From assembly GCA_039931165.1 (NCBI GenBank), contig JBDTSL010000005.1, positions 1 through 58,830 on the forward strand: a stretch of 58,830 nucleotides of DNA, written 5' to 3'. The DNA comes from Candidatus Doudnabacteria bacterium (GTDB lineage Bacteria > Patescibacteriota > Doudnabacteria > UBA920 > O2-02-FULL-48-8). Shown here piece after piece: positions 8,543 through 18,187 of the stretch. The notes below the pieces were generated by a model. That model made no database searches. It had not been told where the DNA came from and saw only the letters and a list, made by a program, of their open reading frames with translations. A program made the position numbers and the translations under genes. Each line of letters starts with the position of its first letter. The stretch's first letter is position 1.

Positions 8543-10164
8543 ATTTTTTGCTTACTAAGATCAAAATTTTCCCATACTACGTACGCTTCTCCTGTGCTTT
8601 GAAATTCGGAATATTCGCCCTCGTCGACAAATGGAATTATTATTTGAACTTTTTTTTGCCCGCTACTGACAATATTAGCCATAACAGCCTTGCCAATATA
8701 GTCATAGTTAGAAATTAAATTTTCTTCTGTATTTACCGTAATATATTTAATGCCTTTCTCTTTCGCTTTCTCACCGAGGTATTGGAATAATTGCTCAGTT
8801 GCGCTTTCCCAATGGATCGTGGCCGGTATTTGAATAGCATCTAAGTGCCAGGCCTTTTCACCGGCATCAGTGTCCGTAATCAACAGATAAATATTGCCGA
8901 TGTGTTTTTGCTTGGATTCAAAAACCTTAACATTATAAACCGGGATTAGAGAATCGGCGAACGGCAATGGTTTCCCTTCGGTGCAATCACCGCTGATTTG
9001 TCCTGGATCCCTATCGAGTTCGGCGTTAGGAGTCGGATCCAAGTAAAACTCCTGTTTATTATCTCGGGTTATAAGAATGCGGAATGAAGCTTGTTCAATC
9101 TCTGATAAATATTTATCAAAGTAAGCCGCTACCACATTATAGGCTGTCAAAAATTGCTTAAGTTCGGAAATAAACAAATTTTCCTTGCGGCTCTGGATAT
9201 CCATTTCTTTTTTTCTTTTACTCAGGGCCTTTTTGTCTTCTATTGTCACAGCTTCACTCATTTGGGTTTCGATGTCTTTTTTTTCCTGAAAATGGGGGAA
9301 TTGCCGGCCTGAAATTTTCCCGGCCAATTCAGATGCTTCATCATAGGTTTTACACACGGAAATTTGTTCTCCCAGATGGACAAATCCTTTCTTAACCAGA
9401 AATAAGCCCAGGAAATGAATTTTCAGTTTTTCTTCATTATCAATTTCATGTTCAAAACAATATTGTAAAAATTCAGGTGTTATATGATTATCATGCTCCT
9501 CCTCAGACCATTCCTGAATAGTAGTTTCTCGGTCCCAATTAGTAAATTCTTTTTTTAAAGCGGCTTTATCAGCATACATGGCCTTGGCTCTTTGAATGTC
9601 TTCAAAAAAACTTTTTGATTCTTCAGGGTCATTTGCTTCTTGAATTTCGGACAGTTTATGCGCCAGCCCATCACTTAAGCCCAAATCTCTTTCCACGTCT
9701 CGTAAGTCACCGTCTCTTTTCAAAAAATGATCAGTCTGGGTATCAAACCAATTATTCCACTCGGTTATCTTTTGTTCGAAGAATTCTTGAGATTTCAGAA
9801 AGTCGTAGAATTCATTCGAAAAAGCTAAAATTGGATTATTTTTTCGCAAATTGCCTAAAAACCTTTCGTTGTTATAATTCTTATCAAGTTTACGCGCAAT
9901 ATCCAATTCGTGCCTTAGTTGGGCTTCAGTGGAATCCAGCTCAAGCTTGATTCGTCCAAAAGGGATATTTTCTTTCTTATTTTCTAAATTCGAACCTTGC
10001 TCAATTCTTTTTTCTAATTCGTCAGCTTTAACTATACTTCCTAGTGGATCGCGGGAATAACCCAGTGTAGCGAGTTCTTCGGAAGGAACATTTTTCAGCC
10101 CATATTTATTTACTAAATCCATAAGAGTTTGGGAGCCTGGATCAAATTTTTCTCGTTCTGCCAT
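8539..10164 (-). CDS. AT-rich hypothetical protein, helical N-terminus and possible GNAT-like C-terminus
   Basis: 541-aa ORF; stop overlaps the rfbB start (ATGA); visibly AT-richer than its neighbours. Confidence 0.75.
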   Translation of the reverse strand: MAEREKFDPGSQTLMDLVNKYGLKNVPSEELATLGYSRDPLGSIVKADELEKRIEQGSNLENKKENIPFGRIKLELDSTEAQLRHELDIARKLDKNYNNERFLGNLRKNNPILAFSNEFYDFLKSQEFFEQKITEWNNWFDTQTDHFLKRDGDLRDVERDLGLSDGLAHKLSEIQEANDPEESKSFFEDIQRAKAMYADKAALKKEFTNWDRETTIQEWSEEEHDNHITPEFLQYCFEHEIDNEEKLKIHFLGLFLVKKGFVHLGEQISVCKTYDEASELAGKISGRQFPHFQEKKDIETQMSEAVTIEDKKALSKRKKEMDIQSRKENLFISELKQFLTAYNVVAAYFDKYLSEIEQASFRILITRDNKQEFYLDPTPNAELDRDPGQISGDCTEGKPLPFADSLIPVYNVKVFESKQKHIGNIYLLITDTDAGEKAWHLDAIQIPATIHWESATEQLFQYLGEKAKEKGIKYITVNTEENLISNYDYIGKAVMANIVSSGQKKVQIIIPFVDEGEYSEFQSTGEAYVVWENFDLSKQKI

Positions 10165-10168
10165 AATT

Positions 10169-10576
10169 TTATAAATTATTTTTTATCAAAACCGCGAGCT
10201 CTGCCCGGGTCTTGGGCTCCGAATCATGATGCTGCCAAGGCTTCAAGCCGTCGTTTTTATATCTGGGGATCAGATGAAAGTGCATGTGGAATATGACTTG
10301 ACCCGCTGCCGCTCCGTGGTTGGTGGTCAAATTTATCCCATCTGCGTCCACCGCATTCATCACGGCGGTCGCAATTATTTTGATTTTTGGGATCAGGTCT
10401 CTGAGCGTTTCATCATCTGTGCTCAATAAATCTTCGGAATGAAGCTTTGGAATCACGAGCACGTGCCCGCGGCTGACGGGACGGATATCCATGAAGGCTA
10501 AAGTACGATCATCTTCATAAATGATATCGGCCGGGATTTCTTTATTTACGATTTTACAAAAAATGCAGTCTGTCAT
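10169..10576 (-). CDS. HIT family nucleotide hydrolase
   Basis: CIFCKI...GHVLVIPK...GQVIFHMHFHLIP (H-x-H-x-H). Confidence 0.95.
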   Translation of the reverse strand: MTDCIFCKIVNKEIPADIIYEDDRTLAFMDIRPVSRGHVLVIPKLHSEDLLSTDDETLRDLIPKIKIIATAVMNAVDADGINLTTNHGAAAGQVIFHMHFHLIPRYKNDGLKPWQHHDSEPKTRAELAVLIKNNL

Positions 10577-11310
10577 TTGGGTTTGGAAAAATAATCGTTC
10601 AAAAATATTTTCAAATTCTCGCTGATTATATTTTGATCCTTATCGAGCGTCATTCCCACTACCCGGCCGGTTAAATTCACGATCGGACCGCCGAAGTAAT
10701 CGGCGGATAAAACGGCATCAGTCGAGACCTGCTTGCTCCCGATTTGATTCGCCAGGCTTTGAGTGACAAAAGCGGCTTGGGCTTTATGCTCAAATTTGAT
10801 ATTACTACGGCCGAGATAAATCACTCTGTGTCCGGCCGAAAGACTGCCGGCATCGTCGAATTGGGCGCTCGATAAATTATTCGCTGAAATGATCAATAGC
10901 GCCAGGTTGGTTTTCGGATCAGCCGATTTTAGGGCGGCCGGAAATTTTTGGCTGTCATCGGTGACGGCTGAAACCGAAATTTGCCCGGAAATAATCGAAT
11001 TAGCCGTCAGAATCAGGCCATCGGATGTAACGACGATGCCGTTGCCCAGAAAATTATTTTTAGGCCCATAAATGCCGACCGTAAAATTGCCCGACTGTTT
11101 GATCAAATCGATAAGATTTACCCCTTCGTTCAGCTGAACTTCTTCCCTGCGGTTTATTACGATCGGAGATGAGGAAGATAATTTATTCAACAACGAAAAC
11201 CCTTTAAATGTCGCGACGTAAGGAATGAGGAAACGGCCAAAGACAATGCTGCCTAAGGCTCCCACAAAAAATGAAATTATGATTATCCAGGCTACAGATC
11301 TTTTAGTCAT
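10573..11310 (-). CDS. Membrane-anchored trypsin-like (HtrA-type) protein lacking the catalytic triad
   Basis: GNGIVVTSDGLILTANSII, TNLALL, DYFGGPIVNLTGRVVGM. Confidence 0.8.
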   Translation of the reverse strand: MTKRSVAWIIIISFFVGALGSIVFGRFLIPYVATFKGFSLLNKLSSSSPIVINRREEVQLNEGVNLIDLIKQSGNFTVGIYGPKNNFLGNGIVVTSDGLILTANSIISGQISVSAVTDDSQKFPAALKSADPKTNLALLIISANNLSSAQFDDAGSLSAGHRVIYLGRSNIKFEHKAQAAFVTQSLANQIGSKQVSTDAVLSADYFGGPIVNLTGRVVGMTLDKDQNIISENLKIFLNDYFSKPK

Positions 11311-11593
11311 GTTTATACCCTTCTTTTTTTAACATCATAATTTTTCTTTTGACTCCTCCAGGGGCGGAGTAGCCGTGCATTGCTCCGTCCGAGCCGATCA
11401 CCCGGTGGCACGGAATGTACGGGGCATCCTGATTTCCGGCCAAAGCATTGCCCACAGCCCTGGCTGCGGAAGGATTTCCTATCTTGCTTGCAAGCTGCCC
11501 ATAAGTCCAGACCTGGCCTTTGGGAATTTTCAAAATCGCCTTATAAACCTTCTGCTGAAATGGAGTATATTTGGACCAGTTAATTTTATGCAT
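11303..11593 (-). CDS. O6-methylguanine-DNA methyltransferase family (MGMT) protein
   Basis: IPKGQVWTYGQLA...ARAVGNAL...IPCHRVI with the acceptor Cys. Confidence 0.92.
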   Translation of the reverse strand: MHKINWSKYTPFQQKVYKAILKIPKGQVWTYGQLASKIGNPSAARAVGNALAGNQDAPYIPCHRVIGSDGAMHGYSAPGGVKRKIMMLKKEGYKHD

Positions 11594-11594
11594 A

Positions 11595-12302
11595 TTATCT
11601 GAGCGGCCGCCAGGCGGCGGTGGATAATGTCAAAAGCAAAACTATCGCTACTAAAGTCAGCTGCCAATAAATTTTTTGCCTGGTCAGTCTGCCGAAAAAA
11701 GCCGAAAAAGAAAACAGCCAAAGCAGGTAGAATATGCAGAACAACACTACACTGTCGACAAAAAAGTACGTCGGCCAAAAGATCAATCCCCAGGCCGCTT
11801 CAGAGATCACCAAGGCGTGCATTAAATAAAAATAACGTTTTGCCGGCAAGGAAAACCCGGCGAAACCCTGGACTGAGAGCAAATAGGTCGCCAAAAAAAC
11901 CAAGGGGACAAACCACCAGGCCTTGAGGTTAAAATAAAACTGCGCTGCGAACAGCCCCAAATACAGTCCGAACGCGGACAGCAAAAACATATTCTGCAGA
12001 AAGTGGCTTTCGTGCCCGAGTTTCATTTCCAGGACATAAAACAGCAGGCAGGCGGCGACCAAGAAAACAATGCGAAAATTCGGATCGGCTATGACCGCAA
12101 ACACGCTTGCCACTCCCAACAGATAAATTGTCGGCAACAATAAATGAGGCCAGGTGAAATTCAGCCTTTTGAAATTGATCGCAAATACGGCTAAAATTAG
12201 AACCACTATTGATGCGGTATAAATATATTGATTCCCTTGGCTTCCGAGAAGCACGAAAAAAAGCAGAAAGGCCAAAGTAATTGATGAGATTCTAGTGAAC
12301 AT
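11595..12302 (-). CDS. Polytopic membrane protein (DUF5656-like, tentative)
   Basis: 235 aa with about 8 TM helices; EAAWGLIFWP motif. Confidence 0.7.
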   Translation of the reverse strand: MFTRISSITLAFLLFFVLLGSQGNQYIYTASIVVLILAVFAINFKRLNFTWPHLLLPTIYLLGVASVFAVIADPNFRIVFLVAACLLFYVLEMKLGHESHFLQNMFLLSAFGLYLGLFAAQFYFNLKAWWFVPLVFLATYLLSVQGFAGFSLPAKRYFYLMHALVISEAAWGLIFWPTYFFVDSVVLFCIFYLLWLFSFSAFFGRLTRQKIYWQLTLVAIVLLLTLSTAAWRPLR

Positions 12303-12350
12303 TGCCCACTAAGAATACCAGCTTTTGGCCATTTTATCAATAAGAAAAAA

Positions 12351-12444
12351 CGCATTTGCGAGGAGCCCCGACTTGTCGGGATGACGAAGCAATCTTGTCA
12401 TTGGATAGACTGCCACGCCTCGCTTCGCGAGGCTCGGAGATGCG
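12351..12444. repeat. REP-like palindrome, family A (copy 3)
   Basis: cgcatttgcgaggagc-ccgacttgtcgg-gatgacgaagcaatct...agactgccacgcctcgcttcgcgaggctcggagatgcg. Confidence 0.85.
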
Positions 12445-12449
12445 GTTTT

Positions 12450-13295
12450 TTATGTGACTTGGCTTTGCTTTGCAAAAATTATTGCCCCTGAAATCAGGAA
12501 CAAAACCGCGGCCACCACCTGGTCGACACGGAAGCCCGAGACAAAGAAACTATCCAAACGGATCGCCTCGATAAAAAATCTGCCCAAAGAATACAGGAGC
12601 AAATACGACCAGCCAATAATGCCGCTTTTCGCTTTCCCGGCCAATCTGCTCAGGATCAAAAAAACAGCAATATCAAGCAAGGCCTCGTAAAGAAAAGCCG
12701 GATGAAAAAAATTACTGGACGAATATTCAACCGGGCGGTACTTCGGAGCAATATACAGTTTCCAGGGCAAATTCGTGGGAATGCCGAATGCTTCCTGATT
12801 TACAAAATTCCCGAATCGTCCAACCGCCTGAGCCAAAGGAAGAGACAAGGCAATAAGATCAAAAAGCTGATAAAAACTAAATGCTTTTTTCCGCGAATAA
12901 AAATAGCCGAACACCAGTCCTGATAGAATCCCTCCGTAAATAGAAAGTCCCCCATGCCAGATCTTATAAATCTCGGAAGGGTTATGGGAAAAATACGAAG
13001 AATAATTAAAAATAACGTAATATACACGGGCGCCAATAATACCCGCGATTACTGCCCAAAAGGCGAAATCATCTATATCGGTTTTGCTGATGCCAAACCT
13101 CCAGGAATTCTTCCGCGTCAAAAAATACGCCGCCAGGATGCTTGATGCCATGATCAAGCCATACCAGCGGATCTGAATCGGCCCAGCGCTCAAAATCGGA
13201 TTTAAAATCAGCCGGCCGGTAAACGCCGGGATGAACAAAAAATAAATCAGCACTACTGCCGCCACAATACCGACCATCCAATAAATCTTTTTCAT
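12450..13295 (-). CDS. lgt: Prolipoprotein diacylglyceryl transferase
   Basis: IRWYG, IGARVYYV, HGGLSIYGG, GRFGNFVNQE, HPAFLYE. Confidence 0.95.
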   Translation of the reverse strand: MKKIYWMVGIVAAVVLIYFLFIPAFTGRLILNPILSAGPIQIRWYGLIMASSILAAYFLTRKNSWRFGISKTDIDDFAFWAVIAGIIGARVYYVIFNYSSYFSHNPSEIYKIWHGGLSIYGGILSGLVFGYFYSRKKAFSFYQLFDLIALSLPLAQAVGRFGNFVNQEAFGIPTNLPWKLYIAPKYRPVEYSSSNFFHPAFLYEALLDIAVFLILSRLAGKAKSGIIGWSYLLLYSLGRFFIEAIRLDSFFVSGFRVDQVVAAVLFLISGAIIFAKQSQVT

Positions 13296-13298
13296 ATC

Positions 13299-13877
13299 TT
13301 AAAACAGGCTTGTTTGCCGCGCCATAGGCTTTCGAACAGACGGCTCAATGAATTTAATCTGGATTTCTCTGGTCTCGAAATAGTCCTTATACAGCAACTT
13401 CCCGTAGTTCTGAACATAATCATGCAGATCTTTCGTGATCCGCACGTCATCCAGGCAATATTTTTTCAGCTCTTCGATCTGCCCAAGTTTGTAAAACTTC
13501 AGCGCCTGTAATCCATCTCCTGATTTGCCTTTGCCCAGGGTCATTTGGGCCAGATTATCCAGCTTGACCCTGTGTCCGATAAGTTTTTCTACTTCTTCCA
13601 AAATATCCAAAGCCGGAATTTCCGACAGTTTAAAATTTAAATACGGCTGCAGAACCTGGAAATCAAAATTTTTGATATTGAAGCCGATGATCTGATCGGC
13701 CTCTGACAGCATTTCTCCCAGGCGGTATAGCTCGTCTTCCAAAAAGGTCAGGTATTTATTTTGCAGATAAGAATAAACGCCGACCACGGAAACCTTCAGC
13801 AGATGATTTTTCCCAAATCCCCCGACTTCTTCGAATGATTTTTGAGTTTCTAGATCCAGAACGAATATATTTAACAT
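13299..13877 (-). CDS. RNase H-like / DEDD exonuclease (YprB-like)
   Basis: VLDLETQ...GFNIKNFD...KLDNLA...YCLDDV. Confidence 0.85.
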   Translation of the reverse strand: MLNIFVLDLETQKSFEEVGGFGKNHLLKVSVVGVYSYLQNKYLTFLEDELYRLGEMLSEADQIIGFNIKNFDFQVLQPYLNFKLSEIPALDILEEVEKLIGHRVKLDNLAQMTLGKGKSGDGLQALKFYKLGQIEELKKYCLDDVRITKDLHDYVQNYGKLLYKDYFETREIQIKFIEPSVRKPMARQTSLF

Positions 13878-13962
13878 TTTCCTTCAATAAATTGTTACGT
13901 AAACTATTATAGCATATCGCAATTGGCCATAAAAAAGACTCGCGATTTATAATCGTAAGTCA

Positions 13963-14421
13963 TTAGATGTCATCATCAAGAATTCCTCCCACTTGCGCCG
14001 ACAAGAGAAACAACTCACTTGCATCGTCTGTTTTCTTCGCTATGAACGCATCCAATGCAGCGAGCTGTTCTTCCTCGTATTTAATTTCCGCATCGAAGGT
14101 TTTTGCCAACGGCCCCAATCTTGAGGTAATTTCGTAGAACCGATTCATCACAGCACAAGTGTACTGAAAGTTTTGAAAATTCGACCGCGCGGTGTTGATC
14201 AGAGTATTGACCGGCGCGCAAAACTCTTGTCTGTCGAACTGAGCTTGGCGCGCGGACCTAAGTGCCGATAACTTTGCCGAGACTTGATCTCTTTTGGCCA
14301 GAAGGACTGCGATCTCTTTCTCGAAACTTCCCGCCAGACCTAAAAGCGCAAGTTTGGCCTTGTCAACCATCGACGCGGACACCGGCGGATAACCAAGCTG
14401 ACCTGGTTTTGCCATACACAC
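13963..14421 (-). CDS. Hypothetical coiled-coil protein
   Basis: 152-aa ORF fills the intergenic gap; RBS ggcaggag upstream; no recognisable motif. Confidence 0.6.
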   Translation of the reverse strand: MCMAKPGQLGYPPVSASMVDKAKLALLGLAGSFEKEIAVLLAKRDQVSAKLSALRSARQAQFDRQEFCAPVNTLINTARSNFQNFQYTCAVMNRFYEITSRLGPLAKTFDAEIKYEEEQLAALDAFIAKKTDDASELFLLSAQVGGILDDDI

Positions 14422-14537
14422 TCCTGCCGGCTATTATATAAACTCTCTTATGAATAGGCAAATAAAAAATTGCTTATTTGGTCAATCAAGCAATTTATGT
14501 TATAATTTGGGTGATAATTTTAATATTTTGATTTGAA

Positions 14538-15944
14538 ATGAAAAGAACCCTAATCAAAGACACGGTCGATCAAGTCGGTAAAAATGTTTTGCTCAAAGGC
14601 TGGGTCAATATTCGCCGCGACCATGGCAAGCTGATCTTTTTGGATCTGAGGGATAAAACCGGAATGATTCAGCTGGTAGTCAACCCAAAAGTTTCGGCGG
14701 AAGCTCACAAGACGGCCAGCGAATTGCGCAATGAATTCGTTACCGAAGTCGAGGGCAAGATAAATCCCAGGCAAGAAAAACAATCCAACCCGGATATGGA
14801 AACCGGCAAGATCGAAATCGAAGTGACGAAACTTACCATTATCAGCCGGGCCAAAGCTTTGCCTTTCGAAATAAACGAAGATACGAAAAAAGTCAACGAA
14901 GAGGCCCGGATGAAGTACCGCTATCTCGATCTGCGGAGTGAGCGCATGGCCAAAAATATGCGTTTGCGCCATAAAGCCGCGACTTTGGTCCGGGAATACC
15001 TGAACCAAGAAGGTTTTGTGGAAATCGAAACCCCGATGCTGACGAAAAGCTCGCCGGAAGGAGCCAGGGATTTTTTGGTGCCCTCGCGGCTGCAGCCGGG
15101 AAATTTTTACGCTTTGCCGCAGGCGCCGCAGCAATATAAACAACTGCTGATGATCGCCGGTTTTGAAAAATATTATCAAATGGCCAGGGCTCTGCGCGAC
15201 GAGGACCTGCGCGGCGACCGCCAGCTTGAACACACCCAGATCGATCTGGAGATGTCTTTTGTGAAAGAACGCGATGTTCTGGACCTGGTCGAAGGCTTGA
15301 TGATACATGTGGCCGAATCCTGCGGCAAAAAGATCTGGAAAAAACCTTTTCCGGTGTTCACGCACGAAGAAGCGGTCAAACAATTCGGCGCGGACAAATT
15401 TGATCTGCGTGGTGAAAATAAAGATCCGAACGTAATGGCATTTGCCTGGGTCATGGACTTCCCGCTTCTGGAATGGGACGAGGATGAAAAAAAATTTACG
15501 TTTGCCCACAACCCTTTCTCAGCGCCCAAACCCGAACATGTGGAAAAACTGATGCGCGGCGAAGACCTGGGCAATTTAAGGGCTCAGCAATACGACTTGG
15601 TCTGCAATGGGTTCGAGCTGGCATCGGGCGGAGTGCGCATTTCCGACCCCGCAGTCCAGCGCAAGGTCTTTGAGATCATGGGCTTGTCTGACGAAGTAAC
15701 CGAAGAGCGTTTTGGCCATTTAATTAATGCGTACGAATATGGCGCTCCGCCTCACGCCGGCATGGCGCCCGGATTCGACCGCCTGGTCATGCTTTTGGCA
15801 AACGAAGAAAATATCCGCGAAGTCATCGCTTTCCCAGTGAATTCCTCAGGACAAACCTCGGTCATGGACGCGCCATCACCGGCAACCGACAAACAGCTGA
15901 AAGAATTGCATATTAAACTGGACATCCAAAAGAGAAAGAAATGA
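14538..15944 (+). CDS. aspS: Aspartate-tRNA ligase (short form, no GAD insert)
   Basis: GWVNIRRDHGKLIFLDLRD, FYALPQAPQQYKQLLM, PPHAGMAPGFDRL. Confidence 0.97.
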   Translation: MKRTLIKDTVDQVGKNVLLKGWVNIRRDHGKLIFLDLRDKTGMIQLVVNPKVSAEAHKTASELRNEFVTEVEGKINPRQEKQSNPDMETGKIEIEVTKLTIISRAKALPFEINEDTKKVNEEARMKYRYLDLRSERMAKNMRLRHKAATLVREYLNQEGFVEIETPMLTKSSPEGARDFLVPSRLQPGNFYALPQAPQQYKQLLMIAGFEKYYQMARALRDEDLRGDRQLEHTQIDLEMSFVKERDVLDLVEGLMIHVAESCGKKIWKKPFPVFTHEEAVKQFGADKFDLRGENKDPNVMAFAWVMDFPLLEWDEDEKKFTFAHNPFSAPKPEHVEKLMRGEDLGNLRAQQYDLVCNGFELASGGVRISDPAVQRKVFEIMGLSDEVTEERFGHLINAYEYGAPPHAGMAPGFDRLVMLLANEENIREVIAFPVNSSGQTSVMDAPSPATDKQLKELHIKLDIQKRKK

Positions 15945-16144
15945 TCACACAAAAACAATACGAGTACAGTAAAAATTTAAGGATTGCGCTTCTTACCGCA
16001 AATGCGCTCTTGATCGTGGTTTTGGGTTTCTTGCTTTTTCAGCAGAAAGATATCAACGCGCAAAATATTCTTAGCCTGATTATTCTGCTGGTGAACACTA
16101 TCTACTTAATTTTCAACAAACCGACTCCCCCGCCAACTATCTAA
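15941..16144 (+). CDS. Small two-TM membrane protein
   Basis: 67 aa with two hydrophobic stretches; start overlaps the aspS stop. Confidence 0.65.
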   Translation: MITQKQYEYSKNLRIALLTANALLIVVLGFLLFQQKDINAQNILSLIILLVNTIYLIFNKPTPPPTI

Positions 16145-16148
16145 ACCA

Positions 16149-16613
16149 ATGGCTATCTCAAAACAATTAGAAAAGCTGCTTAAAATCAATAAAGTCAAAT
16201 ATGAAGTTGCGGAACACCGAAAGGTCTTCACGGCTTTTGATTCAGCAGAAACGCAGGATATCAAGCTTTCCGAAGTGGCCAAAGCCGTACTACTTAAAGG
16301 GAAGAAAAATTTATATCTCGCGGTTTTACCCGCCGGCAACAACTGTGACTTCAAGGCCCTGGGGAAACTGGCCGGTGACAAACTATCGATGGCAAAGGAA
16401 AAGGATATCACTACCAAACTTAAGACAAAGATCGGCTTACTCCCGCCGTTTGGATCTTTGTTTGAACTGCCGATGTTCATCGACAAAAAACTCTTAAAAA
16501 ATAAAGAGATCAACCTTCCGGCGGGTTCTTACACCGAATCTGTAATTATGAAAGTCAAGGATTATTTGGCTCTTGAGAAACCAGTAGAAGGCAATTTCGC
16601 AATAAAAAAATAG
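16149..16613 (+). CDS. YbaK/prolyl-tRNA editing domain protein
   Basis: EHRKVFTA...VAKAVLLK...LAVLPA...LLPPFG. Confidence 0.85.
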   Translation: MAISKQLEKLLKINKVKYEVAEHRKVFTAFDSAETQDIKLSEVAKAVLLKGKKNLYLAVLPAGNNCDFKALGKLAGDKLSMAKEKDITTKLKTKIGLLPPFGSLFELPMFIDKKLLKNKEINLPAGSYTESVIMKVKDYLALEKPVEGNFAIKK

Positions 16614-16614
16614 T

Positions 16615-16744
16615 TGTCTTTGCGAGCGACCGATTCGATAAGGTTTAACCTAAGCGGTCGCGAAGCAATCTCTTTTGATCAAGTATATAGATTGCTTCGT
16701 CGGCCACAAAACGAAACCTTATAATCGGCCTCCTCGCAAAGACA
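16615..16744. repeat. REP-like palindrome, family A (copy 4, expanded)
   Basis: tgtctttgcgag...cgaagcaatct...agattgcttcg...ctcgcaaagaca. Confidence 0.85.
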
Positions 16745-16759
16745 AGTTGTTGTTAAACT

Positions 16760-17458
16760 ATGCAAATAAAAACCGAACAATTCGAAGGGCCGCTTGCCCT
16801 GCTGCTGCAGCTTATCGAAGAACAACAGCTGGACGTGTCAACTCTGGCTTTGGCATCTGTCACCGAACAATTTTTACTTCATGTAAAAAACTTACAAGAA
16901 AAAAATCCCATCAATCTGGCGGATTTTTTGGTCATCGCGGCGAAACTGCTGGTCATCAAGTCTAAATCGCTGCTTCCCGACCTGGATCTCGGGATCGAAG
17001 AGGAAGAAGCTGCGTTTGACCTCACTGCCCAGCTCCTGATCTATAAAAAATATAAAGAGGCCGCAAAATACCTGAAAAAACTGGATCAATACCGGAAGCA
17101 ATTGTGGACCAGAGACGGGGAACTCACCGACCGGGTGACATTTTTACCGGACCCGGACATCAATATTTCGGTGCTTGCCCAAAGCCTGCGGCAACTGGAC
17201 ACGGAGCTGAAAGAGATTATCCGCCTGCCGAAGCAAATAATGAAAGAGGTGGTTTCCATCTCCGATAAAATCGCCCATATCCAAAAGCTGATCTCGGAGC
17301 AATTGGAAACTTCCCTGTCCAGCCTGCTGAAAGGCGCCAAAACCAAAACCGAGGTCATTGTGACATTTTTAGCGGTACTGGAACTGACGAAGCAAAGAAT
17401 TTTGGTAGTGGAACAGAGCGAAATTTTCGGAGATGTGATTATTAGAAAAACCAACTAA
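16760..17458 (+). CDS. scpA: Segregation and condensation protein A
   Basis: FEGPLALLLQLI...LADFLVIAAKLLVIKSKSLLP...FLAVLELTK. Confidence 0.95.
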   Translation: MQIKTEQFEGPLALLLQLIEEQQLDVSTLALASVTEQFLLHVKNLQEKNPINLADFLVIAAKLLVIKSKSLLPDLDLGIEEEEAAFDLTAQLLIYKKYKEAAKYLKKLDQYRKQLWTRDGELTDRVTFLPDPDINISVLAQSLRQLDTELKEIIRLPKQIMKEVVSISDKIAHIQKLISEQLETSLSSLLKGAKTKTEVIVTFLAVLELTKQRILVVEQSEIFGDVIIRKTN

Positions 17459-17475
17459 AAACTCAAACCTAACAA

Positions 17476-18012
17476 ATGGACCTGACCAAACTCAAATCTC
17501 AAATTCTTTCCATCCTCTTTGTCGCCTCCAAACCCGTCAGCCTACGTGAACTCCAAGAAGCGCTGGAAGCCGAAGATGAATCGATCAAACAAGCTATTTC
17601 CGAGCTCGTTTCGGCAAATACTTCATCCGGGGTGATTATTTTGGCCCACGATGACAAACTCCAGCTGGCGTCCAATCCTGACAATTCCGGAATTGTTAAA
17701 AAATTCCTACAGTTGGAACTGCGTGAAAAACTCAGCGACGCGGCGCTGGAAACTTTGGCTATAATCCTTTACCGCCAGCCGGCATCGAAAACCGATATCG
17801 AAAACATCCGGGGCGTTAATTCCCAATATACTTTGCGCCAGCTCCTGATCCGGGGTTTGATCGAAAAAATCCAATCTCCCACGGACCGCCGGATGCAGCT
17901 TTATAAGACCACTCTGGAATTTATGCAGAATTTGGGCATCAAAGATATGAGAGATCTGCCTGATTTTGAAGAATTAACCAGATCAATCGATTTGCCCTCT
18001 GCTACAAGCTAA
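17476..18012 (+). CDS. scpB: Segregation and condensation protein B
   Basis: LSDAALETLAIILYRQP...IENIRGVNS...YKTTLEF. Confidence 0.95.
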   Translation: MDLTKLKSQILSILFVASKPVSLRELQEALEAEDESIKQAISELVSANTSSGVIILAHDDKLQLASNPDNSGIVKKFLQLELREKLSDAALETLAIILYRQPASKTDIENIRGVNSQYTLRQLLIRGLIEKIQSPTDRRMQLYKTTLEFMQNLGIKDMRDLPDFEELTRSIDLPSATS

Positions 18013-18187
18013 ACTGCTGTCTAAGCTTAAAGAGATGGATATTTACCACTCTTTCTATAGCAGCATCATGATAAGTCCTGACAATATCCTTGACCCAGAT
18101 CTCAAAATGCTTGTAAGCCCGTTTGCTTTTGACCTGAGAGGCTTTATAGGCGATTTCGTATACAACCAACACATTTTTAATTGACAT
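18002..18187 (-). CDS. Putative small AT-rich protein
   Basis: 61-aa ORF convergent on scpB; TTGACT upstream at about 18268-18273. Confidence 0.4.
   Translation of the reverse strand: MSIKNVLVVYEIAYKASQVKSKRAYKHFEIWVKDIVRTYHDAAIERVVNIHLFKLRQQFSL

Noticed and set aside
14550-15509. 319-aa antisense ORF and many similar short antisense ORFs across the window
   Set aside because: They lie opposite clearly recognisable genes (aspS etc.) and show no motifs
16675-16965. 96-aa ORF upstream of and overlapping scpA
   Set aside because: It starts inside the family-A palindrome and is out of frame with scpA
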